Positions 51,242-61,213 of a DNA stretch of 64,000 nucleotides are shown piece after piece. Location: assembly GCA_963422705.1 (NCBI GenBank), contig OY730443.1, positions 3,169,394 through 3,233,393 of the forward strand, given 5' to 3'. Each line of letters begins with the position of its first letter. Within the stretch, counting starts at the first letter, position 1. This stretch comes from Candidatus Poribacteria bacterium (GTDB taxonomy: Bacteria; Poribacteria; WGA-4E; WGA-3G). The translations under genes and the position numbers were made by a program. The notes below the pieces were generated by a model. It was not told the DNA's origin, ran no database searches, and worked only from the letters and a program-made list of their open reading frames with translations.

Positions 51242-51276
51242 TTCTATACCGATTAGTCGTATAAGTTTAAGATGGA

Positions 51277-52416
51277 ATGGGCACTATGACAGCTTACGAA
51301 CGAAACGCGAACGGACAAACTACCCTTGTAAAGCCCCACGTGAAAAAAGTTCTTGTCGCAATGAGTGGGGGCGTAGATAGTTCTGTCACCGCCGCTATGA
51401 TGGTGGCAGCAGGGCACGATGTTATCGGCATCACCATGCGCCTCGGTACACCCGATACAATTGAGGTGGAACCAGAACGCCCTAATTGCTGCTCGCTTGA
51501 AGGAATTGAGGACGCTCGCCGCGTCGCGACGCAATTGGGGATTCCCTTCTACGGCGTTAACTACGAGGATGTTTTTCGTGAACAGATTATTGACTACTTC
51601 GTCCAAGAGTATCTCGCCGCGCGGACTCCGAGTCCCTGCATGGTGTGTAATCGCAAACTGAAGTTCGGTAAACTCCTCAATCTGGCGGATTCATTAGCAT
51701 GTGACTTTATCGCCACTGGGCACTATGCGCGGATTGAACGCCACCCGGAAACCGGGCATGCTATGTTGCGAAAAGCCCGTGACGGGAGTAAGGACCAGTC
51801 CTATTTCCTCGCTGCACTCACGCAGGAACAACTCTCGCGTGCATTAATGCCTCTCGGCGAATACACGAAAAACGAAGTCCGCGCACTCGCCCAAAAGTAT
51901 CAATTGCGAACCGCTGATAAAATTGAGAGTCAAGAACTCTGCTTCGTTGCCGATAACAACTATCGACGTTTCCTACAAGATAGAGTGTCTGATAAAATTG
52001 AGGGTGGGGATATTGTGGATAAGGACGGTAACGTCCTTGGAAAGCATCAAGGGGTACCGTTTTATACCGTTGGGCAACGGCGTGGCTTGGGCATCGCCGC
52101 CGCAAAACCGCTCTACGTTACGCAACTCGACGCTACAGAGAATCTGCTCATCGTCGGTGAATCAGATGAGCTCTTGGAGGATACGATGCACGTTGAACGC
52201 CTCAATTTAATCTCTATGGAGAAATTGATGGTGCCTATTCGGGCGAACGTCAAAATCCGTTCGCGTGATGACGGGGGGCTCGCGACGATACACCCGCTCA
52301 GCGAGACGGAAGCCGAGGTAAAGTTTGACGCGCCTCGCCGAGCAATTACACCCGGGCAAGCAACCGTGTTTTACAATGGCGAATATGTCATCGGTGGCGG
52401 CTGGATTAAAGCGTAA
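51277..52416 (+). CDS. mnmA: tRNA-specific 2-thiouridylase MnmA
   Basis: PP-loop VLVAMSGGVDSSV. Catalytic Cys context (CCSLEG…, ELCFV). Confidence 0.9.
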   Translation: MGTMTAYERNANGQTTLVKPHVKKVLVAMSGGVDSSVTAAMMVAAGHDVIGITMRLGTPDTIEVEPERPNCCSLEGIEDARRVATQLGIPFYGVNYEDVFREQIIDYFVQEYLAARTPSPCMVCNRKLKFGKLLNLADSLACDFIATGHYARIERHPETGHAMLRKARDGSKDQSYFLAALTQEQLSRALMPLGEYTKNEVRALAQKYQLRTADKIESQELCFVADNNYRRFLQDRVSDKIEGGDIVDKDGNVLGKHQGVPFYTVGQRRGLGIAAAKPLYVTQLDATENLLIVGESDELLEDTMHVERLNLISMEKLMVPIRANVKIRSRDDGGLATIHPLSETEAEVKFDAPRRAITPGQATVFYNGEYVIGGGWIKA

Positions 52417-52535
52417 GGACAAAGCTGCAGAAATCCCGGAGCCCTTTACCCCAGAAAGCTTTAAAGCTCCCCCGTCAAATCCCCATGCTTTAGCTTTCGG
52501 GATGTAGACGGCGAAGTTCCTGATAGAACATATAG

Positions 52536-52564
52536 TTGACAATCTAATCATAATGTGGTATAAT
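52536..52564 (+). promoter_or_regulatory. Consensus sigma70 promoter for tnpA formed at the IS left junction
   Basis: TTGACA (52536..52541), exactly 17 nt, then TATAAT (52559..52564). The TTGAC is the candidate target pentamer that also flanks the other IS LE. Confidence 0.55.
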
Positions 52565-52672
52565 ATACGATACACGATAATAGAAAGGTAAGATATTATA
52601 CCTCTCAAAATCGCGAATAAGAAACGTAATGACAAAACAAGCAACAAGACACTCTCTAGTTGTCAATATCAC

Positions 52673-53041
52673 GTGATTTGGTGTACCAAGTATCGTCGTA
52701 AGGTTTTGGATACACAGATACAAGGACGCCTGAAACACCTCATACGAGAAAAACAGGACGCGTCTGAATATCAAATCTGTGAGGGTGAAACTCACCCTGA
52801 ACCTGTCCATTTGCTAATAGAAATACCGCCAATACATGCTATTGATAAAATCGTTGGCAAAATCAAAGGTTATACCGCGGCAAGCATGTTGCTTGCTACC
52901 TTTAAAGTTTTGCGAGAAGAATATCCGTGCCTGAAAAGTCGTTTGCCGTCTTTATGGACACGTTCAAAGTTTGTCAGTTCCTGTGGTGGCGTAACGCTCC
53001 AAGTCATCAAGGACTATATTGAAGCTCAAAGTGGACAATGA
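52673..53041 (+). CDS. tnpA: IS200/IS605 HUH (Y1) transposase TnpA
   Basis: HVIWCTKYRRKVL…HLLIEIPP… motif pattern of IS200 TnpA. Homology continues upstream to about 52625 (NDKTSNKTLSSCQYHV) with no in-frame ATG, and the ATG at 52629 is in the +1 frame. Confidence 0.8.
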   Translation: MIWCTKYRRKVLDTQIQGRLKHLIREKQDASEYQICEGETHPEPVHLLIEIPPIHAIDKIVGKIKGYTAASMLLATFKVLREEYPCLKSRLPSLWTRSKFVSSCGGVTLQVIKDYIEAQSGQ

Positions 53042-54268
53042 GAAAAGCCAGCAAGTTCAAACTTCAAAATCAATCGAACATCGTCAAAATCGGCAATATG
53101 CTTGACGATATGTGGCAGATACACCAGCAATTCATGCTTTTACAGCGTAGGTTTTAAGGTGATGATAAGTTGCATGAGAAATCTCCGACGAGATTATTAA
53201 GGGATTGTCAAAAACAGCAGAAGCTCAACCGACTAAGCACGACGAAAAATCGCATGTTCGGCTTTCAACCTGCCCGCATCTCGCATCAACAAACATATTG
53301 TGAAACTCAAGAAGCGCACAAAACCACATTGGGCAGACTTGCCGAGTCAAGTTGTGCAAGACGTTGTTCTGCGATATGGCAAATCACAAGACGCATTTTT
53401 CCAAAACATAGAAGAACGCAAAGCCGGTAAGACAAGACGTAAAGTCGGTAAACCGAAAATCAAACCGAGACACAAATACACCTCTATGACTTTCACACAA
53501 AGCGTAGGGCGAAACCGCCGTTTCGCGGGCTACACACTTGAAAAAAATCGTATCAAAATCAACGGTATAGATACGTGGTTCTCCTTCCACAAACACCGTG
53601 AAATCAACGGGACAATCAAGACGATAACACTCAAACGGGACAGGTGCGGTGATTATTGGATATGCTTTTCGTGCGCGAATGTTGACGATTCCGAACCGAA
53701 ACTCAAGACGGGTAAGAGCGCAGGGTTTGATTACGGAAACAAAACATTCCTTACAAGCGACGAAGGCAACAAGATAGAATCTCCGCAGTTTTTCAAACAC
53801 TCCCTGAAAACGTTGCGATGCCTGAGCAAAGCCCTGAGTCGTAAAGTCAAAGGTTCTAACAACTATTATCGTGCGTGTCGTGCTTTGGCGAGGCACCACA
53901 GAAAAGTCGCGCGCCAAAGAGAAGAGTGGCAGTGGAAACTTGCCACCGAACTTTGCACGGCGTTTGATATACTCTGTTTTGAAACACTGAATCTTGACGG
54001 TATGAAACGCCTTTGGGGACGCAAAGTCTCTGAACACGCAGAGGATCAGTTCATACAGATATTGGAACAGAAGTGTGCAAAGCATGGTAAAAAACTTGAG
54101 CGAATCAGTCAGTGGACACCTACAACAAAACCATGCAGTGATTGCGGATACCATAATCAAGAACTCTCTCTTTCTGATAGACAGTGGACTTGTCCCGACT
54201 GTGGTTCTCATCACGATAGAGACGTCAACGCTGCTATCAATATCAAACGGGCAGGCTTGGCTGCCTAA
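53038..54268 (+). pseudogene. tnpB: TnpB gene interrupted near codon 40 by a foreign about 130-nt segment (N-terminal fragment 53038..53160, remainder 53300..54268)
   Basis: N-terminal fragment MRKASKFKLQNQSNIVKIGNMLDDMWQIHQQ… then a stop. The remainder resumes at the equivalent of about residue 65 (KLKKRTKPHW…) and runs to CSDCGYHNQELSLSDRQWTCPDCGSHHDRDVNAAINI. Confidence 0.75.
53502..53524 (-). repeat. Same 23-nt hairpin mini-repeat, copy 4 (reverse orientation), in-frame inside tnpB-2 (encodes ..GRNRRFAG..)
   Basis: Exact reverse-complement 23-mer match. Absent from the aligned position of TnpB-1. Confidence 0.85.
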
Positions 54269-54488
54269 AGTGGAGCGACAATGAGACGGGGTTTCTCTCA
54301 GAGAAAAGCGCCGTCGCTACGAAGCACAAGCCCCTACCTTCAGGGAGTGGGTACCTATGCTGCTATCAATATCAAACGGGCAGGCTTGGCTGCCTAAAGT
54401 GGAGCGACAATGAGACGGGGTTTCTCTCAGAGAAAAGCGCCGTCGCTACGAAGCACAAGCCCCTACCTTCAGGGAGTGGGTACCTATG
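54231..54488 (+). repeat. 129-bp perfect tandem duplication spanning the last 12 codons of tnpB-2 plus the RE
   Basis: Copy 1 is 54231..54359 and copy 2 is 54360..54488. Each begins ctgctatcaatatcaaacgggcaggcttggctgcctaaagtggagcgacaatgagacgg… and ends …gggtacctatg. Confidence 0.9.
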
Positions 54489-54726
54489 ACAGCGACGTTT
54501 AAAGCCTATTTTGTGAAATTCGGCCTCGCCTATCGCATTCGGATGGATACGATGATTGCCCTGTTTATTTTTTTATGGCAATTTACCGATTGATAGCGGC
54601 GCAAGCGCGACGGCTCTGGCTGCACTGCGCGACGGGTGTCTTAAAGTTCGACGAACGGGATTTGGCCAGTACCTCATTTATTCTCCGGTAGTAAATCAGT
54701 CATGTTTAAAATCGACTACCCTCTCT

Positions 54727-55659
54727 ATGAAACCGAAACTCATCTGCCTCCTTGGCCCAACAGCCGTCGGAAAAACGGAAATAGCCATTGAATTGGCTAA
54801 TCACCTCAATGCCGAGATTGTGTCTGTCGATTCTCGGCAAATCTATCGGCACCTAGACATCGGCACAGCGAAACCGACACACGAGCAACAGAACGCAGTC
54901 CCACACCACCTCATCGATTGTGTCGATATCGCGGAGCCGTTTTCCGCCGCTGACTATCAGAGGTTGGCTGATACAGCAATTGTGGATATTCAAAAGAGAG
55001 GTAAGATATCTCTGCTGGTGGGCGGTGCGGGACTCTATTTTCGTGCGATTGTGGATGGGTTGTTTCAAGGACCGGGGGCAGATACCGCAATTCGGGAACG
55101 ACTTCAACGCGAAGCGGCGCATGCCGGGCCCGAATTGCTCCATAACCGGCTCTGCAGTTGTGACGCGGATGCTGCAGCACGTATTCACCCGAACAACGTA
55201 GTGCGAGTCATCCGGGCTCTAGAAATCTACGAACTCACCGGTACTCCGATTTCCCAACTGCAGCAACAGTGGAATCATCAGCAAATTGACAAACCGCCGC
55301 GATACCCGTTTACTGCTTTTTGCCTCAGCATGTCACGAGCTTACCTCTACCAGCGCATTGAACAGCGCGTTGATTTGATGATGACGAACGGACTCATCGA
55401 AGAAGTTAAGGGGGTACTGACGCGCGGATATCCGAGGGATTCTATCGCGCTGCAGAGTTTCGGATACAGAGAACTGATTGCCTATCTTGAACAGGAATGC
55501 CCGTTAAACGAAGCGATTGTAAAGGTGAAGCAGAACACTCGACGCTTTGCGAAACGCCAATTGACATGGTTCCGCAAAGATTCGCGCCTCGAATGGGTAG
55601 AGCGTGGAACGATTACAGAGGTTGTCGCTCACCTATTAGCGCGGGCTGAGCATATCTAA
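54727..55659 (+). CDS. miaA: tRNA dimethylallyltransferase MiaA
   Basis: P-loop LLGPTAVGKTEIAIELA and VSVDSRQIYRHLDIGTAKP. The ORF is open from 54556, but the Met at 54727 (MKPKLICLLGP) fits MiaA N-termini. Confidence 0.85.
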   Translation: MKPKLICLLGPTAVGKTEIAIELANHLNAEIVSVDSRQIYRHLDIGTAKPTHEQQNAVPHHLIDCVDIAEPFSAADYQRLADTAIVDIQKRGKISLLVGGAGLYFRAIVDGLFQGPGADTAIRERLQREAAHAGPELLHNRLCSCDADAAARIHPNNVVRVIRALEIYELTGTPISQLQQQWNHQQIDKPPRYPFTAFCLSMSRAYLYQRIEQRVDLMMTNGLIEEVKGVLTRGYPRDSIALQSFGYRELIAYLEQECPLNEAIVKVKQNTRRFAKRQLTWFRKDSRLEWVERGTITEVVAHLLARAEHI

Positions 55660-55760
55660 TTCTCCATTCATCTGATGCGGTACATACAACTTCATGAGGA
55701 GATTCAGCGCATCACACGCACCGCAGGAAACCGCGCTAAGCGAACAGCGTGTTTCTTTGT

Positions 55761-58700
55761 TCACGCTTCCGTCAACTCAGACGGTAACCCCTCAATAATT
55801 TCAGTCGACGCAACGCTCACATAAACCAGGCGTTTTATCACGGTAATAAGTTCATCCGGTTCTGCAAACCACTCATTTGCGTCATTGATGATGCCACTCT
55901 CCTTGTCCCGCGTCACCTTGTACCTATCAATTAACCACTCCAGGGGCGTCCGTCCGTTAACCACATACCGATGCGCCTCCGAAGGGATACCCGATACGCG
56001 CGTCTCCTCATTGATGATAAGCGTCTCTTTGCTCACCTTATCCGAAAAACGCATCGACTTCGAACTCAACTGAAAATTCCCCGTCGGGGCATCCACGGAA
56101 AGGGGGTACGCCTCACACGTCTCATAATTCAGGTGTAGGCGCGCTAGCGCCGCACCCGCATCCGAAAACGCGCTGAAATCAGGCGCAAACGGAATGCGCG
56201 GCAACATCTTGGTGACATCATTCGCGAACTTTTCACGATACACCGACGAATGCAATACGCCGTAAACATAATCGAAAATCGCATCCTTCGTGATGCCGTC
56301 ATCCCGGTAATGCGCACGGAACGCCGCCAGCGCCGTATCCGATATGTTGTCAAGACGCCGGCCACTGATTGGGTATTCCCACCGCGGAAAGCATTGGCAC
56401 CCATTGTTTAAACCGCATTCCGGCATCGTATCCGTGATAAGCGCGGAAAACGGCTTTTTGGAACCGATACCCGGCACACATATCACCCGGTTTTCACTCG
56501 ACAAGGGAGGAAACATCCTGTCCATCCAGTGTTTACTCTGTGCGAGCGTATAATCCGCGTAATAATTCGTGGGCACAAACGGGCGATAGCTCACCTTTCG
56601 AAGGTATTCTGCTTTAAAGTCAACCCTTTTCTTTTGTTCGAGTCTCTTTTTCAGCGCTGCTCCCCACTTAATATTCTGTCTTGCGTTGTGCCGGTGTACC
56701 ACCTCATCCACAGTGAGTTCAGGATTTGCCTCAAGTTCAGCAATTGCTGCGCGGTACTCTTTCGTCATGCGGCGGGCGTTGTCGAGGCATGCGTGTCGTG
56801 AGAAGTTGTGGAGGTAGGCGTCCCTACCCGTTGCATACCCGCGTGAATATAACTTAAATATCGCATCGTCCGCCTTGCCCACCTTTGTCTCCTTGGTGCC
56901 CATCGGGTAAAACCGTGCAAACGCATCGCTCCGCTGGTTAACCCAATCGTGATGAGCATTCGGCGTAATTGTCTGCCAATCGCGAACCCCTTTGATGGAG
57001 CCAGCATCCCGCAACGCCGTTAGCTTCTCCTCGCGCGTGAGGTAATCCCCGATATCGCGGTATCGGATTTCACACCTTTTCGTCGTTTTCAGTGCGCTAA
57101 ACTTCTGCTGTTTTTGGCAATCCGTTGATAATCTCGTCGGAGATGCTTTCGTCGTGCTTAGTCGGTTAAGCTTCTGCTGTTTTTGGCAATCCGTTGATAA
57201 TCTCGTCGGAGATGCTTTCGTCGTGCTTAGTCGGTTAAGCTTCTGCTGTTTTTGGCAATCCGTTGATAATCTCGTCGGAGATGCTTTCGTCGTGCTTAGT
57301 CGGTTAAGCTTCTGCTGTTTTTGGCAATCCGTTGATAATCTCGTCGGAGATTTCTCATGTTTTTGTCGTGCTAAGCGATGGGGGTTTTTTACCAAGATGG
57401 TGATGGCAACCGGGGCGCGGGAACCGCTGCCGAAAGCATTTCCACCTTCCGCACGTCGCCGTTCTCCAGAGGTCTCGCATCCCCTCGAAGGTGTAGCACG
57501 TAGATAGAACTGAATTCGGAGGCGAGACATGCCCGGAGCCCCGCATCGGCGTTCCCATCAACCCACGAACCGTTGGTAACGAAGGCGATAACCCCCTCTT
57601 CGCCAATTCTGTCGCTTGCCCACCGGAGTGCCAGTTTGTAGGTATCGTAGAGACTATTCTTATTGGTTACTGTCGATGCCGCGGCATAGGTGTCCCGGAT
57701 GCGTTTTTCAAGCGCCGGATAGTGCACGTTAGGGTTGTCATTGGCAGCACTCTTCTGCCCCACGGACCACGGTGGGTTACCGACGATGACACGGATACGC
57801 CGTTCCTGTTGATTCTCGGTGCGTTCGTTGTTATCCATCAGCCAGAGCAGGGGTTCTGTCTCTCTGTCCGGAATTGGTGTTGTGTTGAGCGTGAAAGTAT
57901 CGGTGAGGGCGATGCCGTTGAACGGTTGTTTCTCAAGTCCCGTCTGCGCACCCATGGACGCAGCCCCTTCAGGGCGCCGGCTGCGGAAGGCTTCGGCGAT
58001 ATTGATGGCGGCGATGTAATAAGCGAGGAGTACGATTTCGTTGGCGTGTAGTTCCTCCCGATATTTCCGTTCCACGTCCGCGGGCGCGATGAGTTCAGAT
58101 TGCAGCAGGCGCGCCAGAAAGGTGCCAACGCCGGCGAACGGTTCTAGGACATGAACACCTTCATCGGAGAGGCTTCGTCCGAATTCATCGGTGAGCACGT
58201 CGTCGGCGCTTTTCAAAATGAAGTCGACGATGTCCACCGGCGTGTAGACGATACCGAGTCGTTCCGCCTCTTGTTTCAGCGCCGTGGCGAAAAATTTCTC
58301 GTAGAGTTCCAACAGCACGCGCTGTTTCCCCGCGCTGTTATCGATGCCGCGGGCGCGCATGCGGACGCTGTCGTAAAAGCCTTCCAAGTCCCGCGTCTCA
58401 TCTAAGAGTCCGAATTCGGCGAAATCGGCCCGGAGCGTGTCCAGCGCTATCGCCACCGGGTTGCTAGAGGCGAATACGTCATTCTCAAAGAGTGCGTCGA
58501 AAACGGGATTTGTGATGATATGCTGTGCCATCATATCGATGGCGTCGCCGCGAGTGATAGCGTCGTTTATCGCGCTTTTGAGTTCGGCATGGAATGCGTC
58601 AAACCATTCTTGCAGCGCCGTGTTTGCTGGATGTCGCAGTAATCCCTCAATGCGTGCGACGACGCGCAAGAAAATATCGGCGACGTCCTTCGCCCAGCTC

Positions 58701-60829
58701 TCCCAATATTTCCTATCGCCGCACTGTTCCACGATTTGCGCGAAGATAGCGTCCGCGGGGATATCCAGCGGCAACGTCAGCTGTGAGGAAAACGCCGCAT
58801 CGCCGTTAAACTCGCCCTTAAATTCGCCCTCAAAGATGATGCGCTGGGTGGGCGTCGTGTTGATATCGATGCTGTTGATTTCCGCGTTGAGTCTATCGTC
58901 GTGTGAACGGAGCGCGCGGAGCACATTCCACACAGATTTGAAGCGTTCGGTGTCATTGAGGATTTTGCCCGGTTCGGCGCCCTCCGGTATCGCGACAGGC
59001 AGGATAATGTACCCATAAGTCTTCCCCGGCGATTTGCGCATCACGCGTCCTACCGCCTGCACGATATCGACGTATGAGTTCCGCGGCGTCATGAAAAGCA
59101 CCGCGTCGAGGGCAGGGACGTCGATACCTTCGGAGAGACACCGGGCGTTGGAGAGGATGCGGCAGACGTCATCGCCACCACCTTTCAACCATTCAATCCG
59201 TTTTTTTCGTAAGAGCGCATTATCTTTCCCGTCAACGTGTTCGGTTTGGCACTCAAACCGCGCTATGCTTTGCGTGTCGGACAGCTGCTGTCGTGCGGTG
59301 TCGATAACACCGTTCCAATGTTTGACAAGGCTTTTCGACGCGGCGATGGTATTGGAGAAAGCGATGGCACGCGTCAACGGCTGCCTATCGGTATCCGCTT
59401 TTCTTTCAGGGTTTTGGAGCGCCCGCCAGCACCCCACAATTTTTGTCGCGTCGTTAATGTTAATCTCCCCGCCACCCGCGGCGATGTATTTCTGCAGTAC
59501 GGGGCCCACCCCTTGCTCCGACATCGCGAGCACAACTACCTTGTAGTCAGAGAGTAAGTCCTGCTCAACCGCGCGCGAGAAGGGCAGCCGGTGAAATTCT
59601 GCCCCGTAGGTAGCCGCATCGTCCATCGAATAAACGTCTCTCTCATGTCGCGCGGCCTTCGCTTTGGCCCCGGCGGTATAGAGGCGGGATGTCGCCGTCA
59701 TGTAGAGGCGTCTCTTCGCGTGAATGCGCGCCGCATCGTGGATGAGCACGAACGGCGAGGTGGTATCGTCCGGGGCTTCGACACCCGTGGTGCGGTGCGC
59801 TTCATCACAAAGCACGATATCAAACGGCGGCGCCCCCTCTTTTTGCGCGGTTTCCACAATCGGCAGCGACTGATACGTGCAGAAAACCACCCGCATATTA
59901 TCGGCATCCGGTTTCTGTAGTGCCGCGGAGATGTCGCCCACAGCTGTCGTCACAGGGAGTTCGAGTTCGAGGAGGGATGCATCTTCAGCGGTTTTGCCCG
60001 CCTTTGTATCAGAGCAGATACCGATGTATCGGTGCGGTATCGCCTGCTGCTCCGCCCATTCGCGCATCGCTTGCGAAAAGAGCCCAATAGACGGCACAAG
60101 ATAGAGCACGCGCCCGCCGACACCGGCGAGATGTTCGGCGATGCGGAGTGCCGTGAAGGTTTTCCCCGTGCCGCACGCCATCAGCAGTTTACCACGCGCA
60201 GCGGTTTTGAACCCGTGAACCACATCGTCAAACGCCTCCCGCTGATGCGTCCGGAGGCGGAACGTCTCGTGTCGATACGCGAGCTGTTCAGGCGCTTGCC
60301 GACTGAGTTCCGGCCAGGTTACCGGGCGGCTGGCGAGTTCCGCGGCGCTGATGCGTTGGCATGCCGGGCGCAGCCCATCCAGTGTTTTACGCACATTCGC
60401 GCTCCAGGTATCGCTCGTATCCACGAAGATACGCGCGGTAAAAGGCTCCCGCGCCGACGCGGCGATAAAGGTGTCGACAACAGCCTTCGTGATACGCGTA
60501 TTTTCCGCATAACATTTGCATTGGATGGCGCAGTAGCCACCGGCGCGCTCTTCGGCGACAATATCGATACCGGTATCAACCGCGTCAAACTCCGGACGGC
60601 GTTCCGCCCATTCCCCCCACAGATAGACAGCGGCGAAGCGTTTTTTGTAGAAAGCGTCTTCGCGAAGATAGCTTTGTATCAACCGCTCAAACAGTCTCCC
60701 CTTTTCGTATTCGCTATCCGCATGCTCACGAATGTAAGTGAGCGCCCTGTCGAACCCGTTATCCGTTTCCGCCGTTTCGGTTCCCAATTCGAGATAAGCT
60801 TGTGTCACTTCTGACATATCGGTTTCCAA
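55761..60829 (-). CDS. Type ISP restriction-modification enzyme (LlaGI/LlaBIII-like), apparently frameshifted at about 57472 and carrying a 4 x 23-aa repeat insertion
   Basis: Mrr-like PD-(D/E)xK FDAVDTGIDIVAEE…IQCKCY. SF2 ATPase CGTGKT and DEAH. gamma-class N6-adenine MTase IVGNPPW. A 1-nt correction restores the conserved LRGDARTSGERRRAEGGNAFGSGSRAPVAITILVKNP…IRYRDIGDYLTREEKL and the C-terminal TRD. Confidence 0.8.
57081..57365 (-). repeat. 69-bp perfect tandem repeat x about 4 (in-frame, encodes ASPTRLSTDCQKQQKLNRLSTTK x4) inside the Type ISP gene
   Basis: Unit starts at 57102, 57171, 57240 and 57309 (cttctgctgtttttggcaatccgttgataatctcgtcggagatgctttcgtcgtgcttagtcggttaag). A about 78-nt module about 92% identical is present once at 53170..53250 inside tnpB-2. 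Confidence 0.9.
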
Positions 60830-61213
60830 TTCAGATTTGTTTTAGTGTGTTCGTATTGTAACGTTATCATTGATTTTTCTACCCATTTTCTTACAGTTCA
60901 TCGGTAGTTTTCTTGGCTATGCTGCCTATTCTATAATGATAATTGTATACTCAATTTTTGTCAAGTAAAAAAATATCGTCATGTAGTTCCTATTTCCATT
61001 TCACATGAGAAATTTACCCATTCATCTCTGTGCCCGAATTCTGTTCCGAGGGCATCGGATGACACTATCAGTGAAATATTGTTTGTAATTTTGTCTAAAA
61101 TTTGGTATACTTTTAGCGTACGGTTATGAATTTTTTGAGCAGAATCGTGTGAAAAATAAACAGTAGAAAATAAAAGGGATTGAGTTATTTGGTGGTTCCT
61201 GTGGGAGGCAATC

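Larger units (their letters stand above)
52541..54488 (+). mobile_element. IS200/IS605-family element (tnpA plus disrupted tnpB) whose right end carries a 129-bp tandem duplication
   Basis: LE motif AATGTGGTATAATAT about 11 nt after TTGAC parallels AATGTGATATCATAT in the other IS LE. tnpA 52673..53041, tnpB 53038..54268. RE ends …gggtacctatg at 54488. Confidence 0.6.

Noticed and set aside
53384-54214. 276-aa minus-strand ORF
   Set aside because: It is antisense to tnpB-2 and is the same shadow-ORF situation.
54715-54745. 13-nt match ctatgaaaccgaa at the miaA start, identical to part of the IS right-end motif
   Set aside because: No flanking similarity to the RE beyond the 13-mer. It is most likely a chance match, noted in case a degraded RE remnant is nonetheless present.
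57102-57351. 69-bp perfect repeats considered as a CRISPR array
   Set aside because: The units are directly adjacent with no spacers, are exactly 23 codons long, and lie in-frame inside a recognisable R-M gene. It is a coding minisatellite, not CRISPR.
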